Source: Catajapyx aquilonaris (Eukaryota). Taken from it: DNA of 64,000 nt. Position 1 is the first letter of the stretch; every line of letters begins with the position of its first letter. Positions 52,401 to 64,000 of this stretch are shown here, one piece after another. Location: contig KZ538367.1 in NCBI GenBank assembly GCA_000934665.2, forward strand, positions 1-64,000, in the 5' to 3' direction. The translations under genes and the position numbers were made by a program. A model generated the notes under the pieces. It saw only the letters and a program-made list of their open reading frames with translations. It was not told where the DNA came from and searched no databases.

Positions 52401-55400
52401 CGTTCCTTGGCGGTCAAGTCCTTAGAGCTGCAGGCCAAGAACGAGGCTGCCAATGCAAAGCTGCGGCAGATGGTGAAGGATCAGCAGGAGGCCGAGCGGA
52501 GAAAGGTGCAGAGCCAGGAGATACAGGCCATGCTGGAGCAGCAAACCATCAAGATCGCACAGAAGAAGGAAGACGTCATGGCTGATCTGGCACAGGTCGA
52601 GCCTGCTGTCATCGAGGCGCAACAAGGTACAGTACCCGCTGCCATCACACACTGCTGACGTACGTTTACTCTTTGTGATGTCAGCATTGATGACAAACGT
52701 TGATATAATTCTTTTGCCATTAAGTGTCGCCTTCCGACAAAAGCAAGCTTGCAGAGGAATATCCACTGCAATAATACCTTTTCCGGAATCACTTTCACAA
52801 AAAAAAGGATTAGTGTCAATTATCACAGGTGCTTTTTCGAATTCACGACAAAGTGTTGATGAAACCCTCAGGATTATGTAAACTCTCTTGGCTTTTGGCT
52901 GCTGACCCCTTTCCCCCCCGCAACTAACATGAGCCCACTAAACAGCGGTGAAGTCAATAAAAAAGCAGCACCTGGTGGAGGTCCGCTCGATGGCCAATCC
53001 TCCAGTGATGGTGAAGCAAGCCCTGGAGTCCATCTGTCTCCTTCTCGGAGAGAATATTTCCGAGTGGAAGTCCATCAGACAGGTCATCCTTCGGGAGAAC
53101 TTCATCTCGACCATAGTCAATTTCAACACAGAAGACATGCAGTAATAATCTACAACCCCAGCTCTGAATTGCCCCCCACTTTTGCCCTCCAACCCCCTCC
53201 GCATGTTGCTGTTAATGAGTAGCGGTTGGTATGTTGTTTTGGTGTTGCATGGGACCCTTTCCTTTTATGCATGCAGCGGTCAAGTCGATAAAGAAGCAGC
53301 ATCTGGTGGAGGTGAAGTCAATGGCCAACCCTCCCATGCTGGTCAAGCTGGCCCTGGAGTCCATCCTCTTCCTGCTCGGGGAGAGCGCCCTCGACTGGAA
53401 GGCCATCCGGGCGGTCGTCATGAGAGAGAACTTCATCTCGACCATTGTCAACTTCATCACTGAGGATATCACGTGAGTAGGAAAAGGGAGGAGGAGGCCT
53501 TGTCCGCAAGTGAGTCTAGTCTCTTGGTGTACTCTTTTTTTTCTACTACCCCATTTCCTCCTGCCTATGGAACATGGCATGTAGATGTACATTGTTTACT
53601 TCAAATGCTGCGTTACTGAAATTAAAAAAAAAGCATTAATTAGTGCAGAAATTCTGTGTACTGAAAGTTCTACATGTCGTAAATGGAGTTGGACCATTGC
53701 ATGCGGAAACCTGCTTTTCCCCCCACCCATTTTTTTTTTGTCGTGTGTAACCTAACGAGCAAGTACTCACCTAACGATGCATTTGCAGTGATGATGTGCG
53801 TGACAAGATGCGAAACCGCTACCTGAGCAACCCGGATTACAACTTCGAGAAGGTGAACAGGGCTAGCCTGGCATGCGGCCCCATGGTGAAATGGGCAGTG
53901 GCACAGATCAACTACGCGGACATGCTGAAGAGGGTGGAACCGCTCAGAGAGGAGCTGCGGTCGCTGGAGACGCAGGCGGAGGAGAAGAAGTCTCAGGCGG
54001 CAGAGATGCAGGGTGTGATTGCGCAGCTGGAGCGCAGCATCACGGCCTACAAGGAGGAGTACGCCCAGCTCATCTCTCAGGCGCAGGCCATCAAGACTGA
54101 CCTGGAGAGCGTCCAGGCCAAGGTGGACCGCTCCATTGCCCTCCTCAAGTCCCTGGGCATGGAGAGGGAGAGGTGGGAGGCTGGAAGCGAAACCTTCCGC
54201 GCTCAGATGGACACCATTGTTGGGGACGTCCTCTTGTCCGCTGCTTTCTTGGCCTACGCTGGGTACTTTGACCAGCATTACAGGCACTCCCTCTTCTCCA
54301 CCTGGAGCCAGCACCTGTCCAGTGCGGGAATCCTCTTCCGACATGATATCGCAAGGACGGAGTACCTCTCGGATCCAGACCAGAGGCTCAGGTCAGTCCT
54401 CGTGTTTTCATTGTAAGGCAAGAATGTAATCAACACTTTATTTTGCTGTCCCATCAGGTGGCAGGCGAATGCCCTCCCGACGGATGACCTCTGCACGGAG
54501 AATGCAATCATGTTGAAGCGCTTCAACCGCTACCCGCTGATAATCGACCCATCCGGGCAGGCTACAGAGTTCCTCATGAACGAGTTCCAGGAACGCAAGA
54601 TTACCAAGACCAGTTTCCTGGACGACTCTTTCAGGAAGAACCTGGAGAGTGCACTCCGCTTTGGCAACCCCTTGCTCGTCCAGGACGTGGAGAACTACGA
54701 CCCAATACTGAATCCGGTGCTGAACCGTGAACTGCGGAGGTCAGGAGGGCGTGTCCTAATCACTTTGGGTGACCAGGACATTGACTTGTCGCCATCCTTT
54801 GTCATATTCCTGTCGACACGTGACCCAACCGTGGAATTTCCTCCCGACGTGTGCTCGCGTGTCACTTTTGTCAACTTCACTGTGACGCGATCGTCCCTGC
54901 AGTCACAGTGCCTGGACCGGGTTCTGAAGGCGGAAAGGCCTGACATTGATGAAAAGCGACAAGACCTGCTGAAGCTTCAGGGAGAGTTCAGGCTGCGCTT
55001 GAGGCAGCTTGAAAAGTCTTTGCTTCAGGCACTGAATGATGCAAAGGGCAAGATCTTGGATGACGGCAGCGTGATTGCCACCCTGGAGACCCTGAAGCGA
55101 GAAGCGGCGGAGATCAGCCGCAAGGTGGAGGAGACGGACCTGGTCATGGGCGAGATTGAGTCTGCCTCCCAGCAGTACCTCCCTCTGAGCCAGGCCTGCT
55201 CCAACATCTACTTCACCATGGACAGCTTGCACCAGGTCCACCACCTGTACCAGTACTCTCTCAGCTTCTTCCTGGACATATTTGGGGCCGTGCTGCACTC
55301 CAACCCGCACCTGAATGGCATCCAGGACCACGACAAGAGGCTGGACATCATCACCAGTGACCTATTTGAAGTCTGCTACGAGAGGGTTGCCCGAGGGATG

Positions 55401-58080
55401 CTGCATGTCGACCGACTTGCATTTGCCATCCTCCTCTGCCGCATACACCTCAAGGTGAGTGCACTGGCTGGCCGTTGCTTGCAGAACACGTTTATATTTT
55501 TCTTGATTCCAGGGCAACCCATCTGAGGCGTCGTTTGAGGAAGAGTTCCAGCAGTTCCTTCGAGGTCGTGAGGGAGTGGCCACACCGCTGGGGCCTGATC
55601 CGGCCTCGTCCGACCTGGTGTCTGGGCTGAGCCAGGAGCAGCGCGAAGCTATGACTCGCTTGGCTTCCCGCCTGCACTCCTTCAGGCGCCTTCCGCAGAG
55701 AGTGGCTGAATGCCCTGACTTTGCCAGGTGGCTGCAGGCGTCCAGCCCAGAGTCTGATGTCCCAGAGATCTGGGAGGAACTAGCTGGCGACACATCCAAG
55801 GTGCGGCTGGCCATCATGCACCTGCTCATCGTCCAGGCATTCAGACCAGACAGGTTCGTAGCAGCGGAAAATTGTGGTTGGTGACATGACTAAATTTGCT
55901 GCTCATTCTCATTGCAGATTGATAGCGGCTGGGGAGAGGCTTTCAGCAGCTACTCTTGGCCCAGAGTTCATGGCTGCTGCCGAGAGAGAGCCTGACCTTA
56001 GACAGGTCGTGGACAAGGAGGTCACAGCTGCCACACCACTGCTGTTCTGCTCTGCACCTGGGTTTGATGCTTCGGCTCGTGTGGATGACCTTGCAGCTGA
56101 GCTGGGCCGACCCTTGGCCTCCATTGCCATTGGATCAGCGGAGGGCTTTGGGCAGGCAGATCGCGCCATCAACATGGCAGCCAAGTCTGGGCGATGGGTG
56201 CTGCTGAAGAACGTGCACCTGGCCCCGCAGTGGCTGCTTCAGCTGGAGAAGAAGCTTCACTCGCTCCAGCCACACTCCGCCTTCAGGCTCTTCCTCACCA
56301 TGGAGATCACGCCAAAGGTTCCAGCCAACCTGCTGAGATGTGGGCGCGTCTTTGTGTTTGAGCCTCCGCCTGGCATCAAGGCCAGTCTGCTGCGGACATT
56401 CAGCACCGTGCCTGCCTCCAGGATGATGCGCCCACCATCGGAACGTGCCCGGCTATACTTCCTGCTTGCATGGTTCCACGCTGTGGTGCAAGAACGTCTC
56501 AGGTATGTCATTGGCTCTTTTTGACGCCAGTTGGGTCAGAAAAGGTGTGACTGACGATGAACCAATTAATTTCGCAGATATGCGCCATTGGGTTGGGCCA
56601 AGAGGTATGAGTTTGGAGAGTCAGACCTGCGTGTGGCATGCGATACCCTGGACACCTGGGTGGACCAGGTGGCGATGGGAAGGACCAACTTGCCCCCAGA
56701 CAAGGTCCCGTGGGAGGCTGTCCGCACCCTGCTGGCAGAGTGCATTTACGGCGGGAAGATTGACAATGCATTTGACCAACGGCTTCTCGGAAGTTTCCTG
56801 GACAAGATGTTTACGGCCCGAGCTTTTGATTCCGACTTTGCGCTGGTGGCCAGCGTGGATGGTGGTACTGAAGGTGGACGCCACATTCTCATGCCTGAAG
56901 GTGTGAGACGAGACCAGTTCCTCCACTGGGTTCAGGCCCTCTCCGATCGCCAGACCCCGTCCTGGTTGGGTCTGCCCAACAACGCGGAGAAGGTGCTGCT
57001 GACCAACCGGGGCACGGATCTGATTGCCAAGCTGCTGAAGATGCAGATGTTGGAGGACGATGACGTTGATGATGTTCCAACCACGCCTGTAGCTGCTTCG
57101 CTCTCCCTGACTGGACCAGAGGAGGCAGGGCTCTCCAGCCTGGGCGCGTCTGATGGCAGGCCACCTTGGATGAGAGTGCTGCACACCTCGGCACAGACAT
57201 GGCTTGAAATGCTGCCCTTGTCACTGCAGGTATAAGGGGTCTCTCTCTCTATGTTGTGGCCTGGCTGTATCACTGTGCTTCATGGGTACCATTTCTCATT
57301 TTCCAGACCCTGCGACGCACTGTTGAGAACATCAAGGACCCGCTGTACCGTTACTTCGAGCGTGAGGTGACTTCCTGCTCGCGGCTCCTGTCTGAGGTGA
57401 GGCATGACCTGGAGGACGTGGTGCTGATATGCCGTGGTGAGAAGAAGCAGACCAATCACCACCGCGGGATGGTGAGCCAGCTGGTCAAGGGGATCCTGCC
57501 CCAGGGGTGGCGCAGGTACACCGTACCATCAGGATGCACTGCGATGCAGTGGGTGACCGACTTTGCAACCAGGGTGAGGCAGCTGCAGGGATGCTCCAAG
57601 TCTGTGGCGGAATCTGGAGGTGCTGCAGGGCTGAGGGGGGTCAGGGTCTGGCTTGGAGGGCTGTTCAACCCGGAGGCATACGTCACGGCCACGCGGCAGT
57701 GCGTGGCCCAGGCGAATGGGTGGCCCCTGGAGGAGCTGGCCCTGGAGGTGAGCGCCTCGGAGGAGGAGTCTGCGGGTCAGCAGATGGACAGCTGCAGCTT
57801 TGGAGTGTCCGGCCTGAAGCTGCAGGGAGCGGTCTGCAGGAGCAACCAGCTGCACCTGACCTCCACCATAATGACGGAGCTTGGCCTGACCCGCCTGCGC
57901 TGGTTCAGGGCCAGCCCGGGGCAGGACCTGAGCAAGGGCAAGATCACCCTCCCGGTCTACCTGAACGCCACCAGGGCAGAGCTGCTGTTCACCGTGGACC
58001 TCAACGTGGCCCCCAACCAGGACCCCCACTCCTTCTACGAGCGTGGCGTCGCCATCCTGGCCTCCACCGCACTCAACTAG
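40474..58080 (+). CDS. DYNC1H1: Cytoplasmic dynein-1 heavy chain (Dhc64C/DYNC1H1 ortholog), about 25 exons per transcript
   Basis: Consecutive ORFs joined by short GT-AG introns. Tail motif [21 protein letters not shown]-loops [24 protein letters not shown] and GVSGAGKT; stalk [31 protein letters not shown]-terminus [15 protein letters not shown]. Confidence 0.99.
48504..48524 (+). CDS. DYNC1H1: Candidate 21-nt alternative microexon of dynein heavy chain (GESWCEK)
   Basis: aag|GGGGAGTCTTGGTGCGAGAAG|gtaggc, phase 0-0, inside the gene's longest intron. It is preceded by branch-like TGACTAAT and a pyrimidine tract and resembles the upstream exon end GGAWMEK. Confidence 0.55.
52946..53141 (+). 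CDS. DYNC1H1: Dynein MTBD mutually exclusive exon A
   Basis: 196 nt, acag|CG...CA|gtaata. Encodes [65 protein letters not shown]. Confidence 0.93.
53277..53472 (+). CDS. DYNC1H1: Dynein MTBD mutually exclusive exon B
   Basis: 196 nt, gcag|CG...AC|gtgagt. Encodes [65 protein letters not shown]. Confidence 0.93.
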
Positions 58081-58673
58081 TCTTTCTTCTTAATAGTCTT
58101 TATTATAATGTATTCCATCAAGCTTCTTTGTTTGTTCCCCGGTTATTTTGCAGTCGCAAAGAGGTTATGGGCTTTAATCGTTCGATATTAAATGTTTGGT
58201 GTAGCACGCAACGTCTGGTCTTTCATTACAACTGCAGGCTTTTTTTTCATCGCTCGAGGAATGATAATAATAAATATTGTCTGTATGACCATCAATGGAA
58301 CAGTTGCTGATAATAAGCTGCTGTCCATGTAGCTGCTACCGGGAAATGGGGTGGTGGATTGCAGCAGCTGCGCGGTTTGCGATGATTTGCGTATGATCCC
58401 GACAGGTGGGGACACCGTTCGTCCATGGCTGTTTGTTTGTGGTTTCCGCGACGTCATTATACAGCATCTCTGACCACTGCGGGTCGTCTCCTGGCCAGAG
58501 AACCGGTTCCATTCCGCTCTCGTTGTTCTTCGTTCTAAATAATCCCCGTTGGTCAGGCCATGGAAGCTTGGTAGGTAGGTAGCTGCCCACTGCCGTTCGG
58601 GTCATCAGGTCAGACGACCCTGCTGGCTGGCTGGCTGGCAAGAAGAGAGTGTCTGCCATCTCCGTTCCAAGCC

Positions 58674-59873
58674 ATGGACGGCCACAGCGACGACCCACAG
58701 GTCAACACAGGTCAACAGGAGGCGGGACTGCTGACCCTGGTGGTGCGGTGGTCTGGGAAGGAAATCCCCCTCCCGCCTTTCCCCACCTCCGCCACCGTCC
58801 TCTCCCTCAAGGAGGCCATCACCACCGCCACTGGGGTCAGAGGGCACAGGCAGAAGCTGCTCAACCTCAAGCACAAAGGTACTGTGCCCACCATCCCACC
58901 CACCACGGAATATGAAACCTAGCTGCGGCCGTTCTTATAGGGAAAGCGGCGGAGGATGCCATCCTGCTGAGCGACCTCTCCCTGAAGCCAGGCTTCAAGG
59001 TGATGATGATGGGCTCCCTGGAGGTGGACATTGCAGAGGCAGGGGTCGTTCCAGAGGACGCTTCCGAGGTGGTCAATGACCTCGGAGGGAGCGAGGATGG
59101 GGCCGACGATCAGCCCGCTGTTGGGAAGGACGAGGAGGAGGAGGCCGCCCTCGAGAAAAGACAAGAGCACATCGACAAGGTAAGCACCATTCAGAGATGT
59201 GCTTGGCCGGATGATGATGACCATGTTGCTGTATTGGCAGGTGGCGAGACGCGTCCGTGAATACCAACCACGCATGCTGGGCCAGCCACGTCCGGGAAAG
59301 AAGCTGCTGGTCCTCGACGTTGACTACACCCTATTTGATCACCGCTCAACGGCACAGAGTGCGGCGGAGCTCATGCGACCCTTCCTGCACGAGTTCATGT
59401 CGTCTGCCTACCTGCGATACGACCTGGCCATCTGGTCGGCAACGTCCATGCGATGGATAGAGGAGAAGATGCGACTGCTTGGAGTCAGCTCCTCCACCAG
59501 CTACTCCCTTCTCATGGTCGTGGATGCAGGCGGGATGATAACGGTCCACACTTCCAGGCTGGGAGTGGTCCAGTGCAAGCCCCTGGGCGTCATATGGGGT
59601 CAGTTCCCAGGGGTCTACACCAAGGAGAACACCATCATGGTGGATGACGTTCGCCACAACTTCCTGATGAACCGCCGCAATGGGCTGCGCATCAGGGCCT
59701 TCCGCCGGGCACACCGCAACCGCCAGAGCGACAGGCAGCTGCCCATGCTGGCCAAGTACCTGGAGCTCATTTCCGACGAGAAAGACCTGTCCGCCCTGGA
59801 CCACTCCAGATGGGAAAAGACTGTGAGGGAGAAGCATCCTGATCCAGACGGGGACATTCCCCATGAGCTGTAG
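58674..59873 (+). CDS. UBLCP1: Ubiquitin-like domain-containing CTD phosphatase 1
   Basis: Exons 58674-58878, 58941-59179 and 59241-59873. UBL domain (LVVRWSGKE..RQKLLNLKHKGK..KVMMMGSLE) and HAD motif LVLDVDYTLFDHRS, plus IWSATSMRWI and NTIMVDDVRHNFLMN. Confidence 0.96.
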
Positions 59874-60809
59874 ACAGAAGCAATTTCAAGGGCAAGACAG
59901 TCGTCAGCCAGTGTGAAGTCGCACCCTCAGTTATGGTTGTGAAATTTTGCCGACACAGACAGAAACCAGGTGGCAGGGGAGTGCTTTTTGCACGCTCTTC
60001 GGAGGTAGCGTGCAATTGCTGTGCCTGTGATAACTCAAACAGTTTTCGGTCCTGCGGTAATTTTTTGTTGGGAGAAGATCCTTCTAGGATCAATATTTCC
60101 CTGCGTGATAATAACAGTATGACATACAAGGAATGCAACCTGTACGACTGACAATCAAACAATGAACCGGGAGAGGTTGCCTTCTTGTTCAAATAGTATA
60201 CGTAATGCTCTTTTGTTTGTTTGTTTTCTTATTTGCATTGGGATGAGCTGGCGTTTGCATATTAACGAGTGTGTAGCCTCTTTAGAATATTGCTAGCCAG
60301 TGGCATCCATGGAGAAACTGCTGGGTCTTCTTCTATTGGCATGTGTGGTGGGAGATGGAGAGGAATCACTGGCAAGGGCAAAGGTATCACTACTGGTCAG
60401 CAGGTGATGGTTTTGGAAAAATTGAGCTACAAATTTTTAGAGTAGTTATTTTTTGAAGGTCCACTTGTGTGGGACTAGTAAAAAGTTCTGCTTACTTTTA
60501 GATAACAGTAAAAGTTTCTTCTCTGTTTGAAATAACCCTTGCCTTTTGTCTCGCAACTTGTTATTTCAGCCTCTCTCCCCCCCAGTCATCACTGGCTCTG
60601 TAAGTTATGGAGTACCGTGCAATTTATTCATGAAAGGCAAAGTCCGTGGCTGCCAACCCAATTTTCACATGCAATGTAAAATAGCGAGTGATGTAGGCCA
60701 AATTGGTTTGGTGCGTAGTGTGTAAGTAGATTTGATCTTGGGGATGGAGGTTAGTTCATTGAAGTGCGAGAATGAAGCCTGTCCAGCTGGAGACCAGCTG
60801 AACATGCCA

Positions 60810-61910
60810 CTAGTTGCAGGAGGCGTCAAGCTTATCTGCAGAGCCCTGAGCGAGAGAGAACTTGGGGATTGGCGAGTTCATCAGCTTCCATCCTGCTTTG
60901 GTCCCACTTAGCTCCTCTATCACGATCATGCTGGCAGGCGGCAACTTCTGGACGATCCGGAGGAAGGTGTCCTGGCCACTCATGTGGTCGCCTCCCAGGA
61001 GGGACCTGACGGCGGCCTCCAGGCTGGACGGGTGAGCCACCACCAGGACATCTCCGTTACCTTCAGGATCTCTTGTGCTCCTTGGAGACGTGTGCGGCAC
61101 TGGAACTGGCGGGCAAAATTCCATGCCAATTAGCGGAAGGGAAAACCAAAGTAGATCTGCGAATTGGCTTACTTGGAAAAGTGTATGGAAAGTGTTCATC
61201 CTGGAGCGATGAGTCGAGGATGGAAGTAATGGTGAAGCAGGTGCGCCCGTAGTATGTTTCCAGCACTTCTCCAGAATAGTTTTTGAGGAAGCTGGTCAGG
61301 GAGGACGCTTCCAATGCAGGGGTGTATTCCAGGTCAACCTTGAAGCCTGCTCTGACCAGCTCATTCTTGGTCATCCACACGGGCAGGGAAGTGGAGCTCT
61401 GCGGGTTCTCCTGTCGGTGGAGATGCAGCCACTGGAAGAGTCCTGGCTCAATCCGGATGGGGATGGTGGAGGAGAGGTCCATCCCTTGGAGGACCTGGAA
61501 GCAGGTCTCTATGCATCTGAGGGAAGGGGAGGAGTACGCCTGGGTGATGCGGGCAGACTTCTTCTTCTCCTTCAGCGCCTCCCCCACCAGGCCGCACTGG
61601 ACGCGGCCCACCTGGGTCAGCGGGCTGTCCCCCTTGAAGGACTTGGGGTAGCCCTTGCGACGGGGCATGGACCAGGGAAGGTTCAGGTCGGACTGGTGGT
61701 ACATTTCACCTGCAATAAATAATAATGCAGCAAAATAAATAAATGAACCCTGCTGCTGGCTGCCTCATATGGCTATGATGTACCTTGTCTGGTGAAGCTC
61801 TGCTCCATCCAGTTCGGGATGGTCGAGTCCGTGTCCTGCCCGTGGCTCAACAGGTAGACTCGACGCCCCCTTGGCCGTGGCTCTGCTGACTTGCATGCCG
61901 CCGCCGCCAT
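60810..61910 (-). CDS. Histidine phosphatase (PGM-like) domain protein, UBASH3/Sts and ecdysteroid-phosphate phosphatase-like, about 319 aa
   Basis: Exons 61910-61784, 61709-61173 and 61105-60810. Motifs: RRVYLLSHGQ, DLNLPWSMPRR, DSPLTQVG, YSSPSLRCIETC, IRIEPGLFQW and VLVVAHPSSLEA. Confidence 0.88.
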
Positions 61911-62192
61911 CGATTTACCTTGATTTGAACTATAAACAGGCAAAACCTGCCTGTTTTACCTTAACAATTATTGGAAATGAATGTATGGCCCCATGGAAAC
62001 CCCTGCCCACTAATTATCCGGAATGAGCATTGTTGCGTGTATGATTGGCCCTCAATAATGGGTTTGAATTGAGCGCCAAACGATGGTATCGCTCGTGCGT
62101 GTACCGCCATCGTTCATGGCGATGATGACGATGCTGCGGTAGTAGTAATAATCGTTGGTGTCTCCCTCCCTCCCTCCCTCCCCCCTTCCAAG
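61911..62192. promoter_or_regulatory. Probable bidirectional promoter
   Basis: Only 282 bp separate the divergent start codons at 61910 (-) and 62193 (+). Confidence 0.6.
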
Positions 62193-63080
62193 ATGGCGTC
62201 CCGTGGAGGATCCCGCCAGCATGTGGAGGCCCTGGTCAGGTGCGGGCTCAGGGCCTTCTCAGGGCTCGGGGCAGCAGGGCCGACACCACCAGGAGGGGCT
62301 GGAGCAGGGCCTGCAGAGGAGGCTCCTGTCCCACCGCCCCACCTCCTGAAGGCGCTGATGGAGGCCGCTGGGAAGGTCAAGGCCGAGGACCTGGGTCTGT
62401 CGGACAGGTACGTCAGGGACAGGTTCTACCCACCCGACGACGCCACAGCCGACGCCACCGCCAGCAGCACCACGTCGGCTGGCAGGAGGCGAAGCAGCAG
62501 CGGGAGGGCCGCGCCTCCAATAGCACCAGCCGCCTACATTCCCATCTACGAGGACCAGCAGGTCTGTTCGCCGCATCTCCTTATTGTTCCTTCAATGCTT
62601 CTCTCCCTGAACTCCGTGCTTGGGTATTCGCAGGTGACCATGGGGATATTCGTGCTGCGTGACGGCTGCAGCATCCCCCTCCACAACCACCCCAACATGA
62701 CTGGGATCCTGAGGGTCCTCCTGGGGAGGGTGAGGATGCAGCCCTACAACCCCCTGCCCACCCGCGGGACCCCCTCCTCCACCCTCACGCTGGTTGTGCA
62801 GCCGCCCGTGGACCTGGGCGCGGGGGATCTGCCAGTCCTCCTCACCCCGACCAGCGCCAACCTGCATGAGATCACCACCCAGGGAGACCACCCTGCCGCT
62901 TTCCTGGACATACTGGGCCCTCCCTACAGCCCTGGCCAGGGACGGGACTGCACCTACTACACACCCATCTCACCCCCTGCGGAGGAGGAAGGGGGCCTCA
63001 CCACCCTCAGGGTCAGGCCAACCAACCCTCCAACCACCTTCTGGACGGAGCACTGGCCTTACGAGGGGCCTCCGCTCTAG
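62193..63080 (+). CDS. ADO: 2-aminoethanethiol (cysteamine) dioxygenase
   Basis: Exons 62193-62561 and 62634-63080. Cupin 3-His site IPLHNHPNMTG...NLHEI, plus AAFLDILGPPY and RDCTYY. Confidence 0.93.
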   Translation: MASRGGSRQHVEALVRCGLRAFSGLGAAGPTPPGGAGAGPAEEAPVPPPHLLKALMEAAGKVKAEDLGLSDRYVRDRFYPPDDATADATASSTTSAGRRRSSSGRAAPPIAPAAYIPIYEDQQVCSPHLLIVPSMLLSLNSVLGYSQVTMGIFVLRDGCSIPLHNHPNMTGILRVLLGRVRMQPYNPLPTRGTPSSTLTLVVQPPVDLGAGDLPVLLTPTSANLHEITTQGDHPAAFLDILGPPYSPGQGRDCTYYTPISPPAEEEGGLTTLRVRPTNPPTTFWTEHWPYEGPPL

Positions 63081-64000
63081 GGGAGGGAAGCAAGCATCCA
63101 TCGTCCACAGGTAAAACCATCTCTCTCAGAATAGGCAAATGGTCAGAAGCAGGTGGCAAAGAAACACAGATTTTGTCACTTCCATTGGATGGCATATTAT
63201 TTTGTCCACTCTTTCCAGGGAGTGAGTTTTATTTATTATAAACTCAGTATTTACAAGTATACATAACAATAGGCACATACTTAAATTATTGTAACAGCGT
63301 GTCTTTATGCCATATGCTTCATGTCGACACACCATGTGCAAGGCAATGACCGTTCCCCAGTGAATTGCTGCACTAATGGCCCATCACCTTGTACATTGTG
63401 TGCATGCCAAAAGTTAAGACGTACACATTGCCTCCTTCACAAGTTAGGAATGCGCCTGGGATTGCATGCGGAAATGTTTGGGCGTGCCACCACATGCATC
63501 CTGTAACATTCAAAATACTTTGCAGGTACCAACGTGGTGGTTGTTTACGACTTCTCATCTGCATGATATTGTCAAGGCCATTACTGGGAAACGAATAAAT
63601 TATCCAGTTAATTGTCCTAACCTAGACCACGTCCCTCATACGCACATGAATGTGGCTTGTGTTGTCGGTATACGGATGGTGCCTTGAACCGTTACAACAT
63701 TTTCAAAGTGAAGAAGAATGGGCAAGTGACACTACTCAGCCTGCGTGCACTTTTTCCAGGCGCGTATGCAGGATGGTTTTACCTCTGGACGCTCAATGCT
63801 GTATGTACCAACAATGCACGTTGTAAATAAATTGGCCTCTGCGTTCATTCATGCAAGCCCTGCCCTTCTTTCCCTTTATTGTGCTAACTGAAAATTGCCA
63901 CTGTAGAAGCCACGAGTGGAGAGGAGAGGTAAAAAATATAACAGGGCTAGGGTTTGGGGTGCTGACAGCGGAAGACACAAAAAATGTCCGTCTCAGTCCT

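Overview
Eukaryotic genomic DNA from a compact, intron-containing animal genome. It is probably a pancrustacean arthropod, inferred from short GT-AG introns (mostly about 55-150 nt), GC-rich codons and intronless divergent ionotropic receptors. Ten protein-coding genes are supported: a GT31 beta-1,3-galactosyltransferase (-), a divergent alpha-tubulin (-), a BTB-BACK-PHR protein with an apparent signal peptide and mucin-like N-terminus (+), two tandem intronless divergent ionotropic receptors (-), an SLC17/sialin-like transporter (+), cytoplasmic dynein-1 heavy chain (+), UBLCP1 (+), a UBASH3/ecdysteroid-phosphate-phosphatase-like protein with altered catalytic residues (-) and cysteamine dioxygenase ADO (+). 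Four MITE-like inverted-repeat elements are present, one nested in another. The strongest observation is in the dynein gene: two tandem 196-nt, same-phase paralogous exons (52946-53141 and 53277-53472) encode alternative versions of most of the microtubule-binding domain and must be mutually exclusive. A candidate 21-nt microexon lies at the AAA1/AAA2 junction. All splice models were read by eye and no searches were run.
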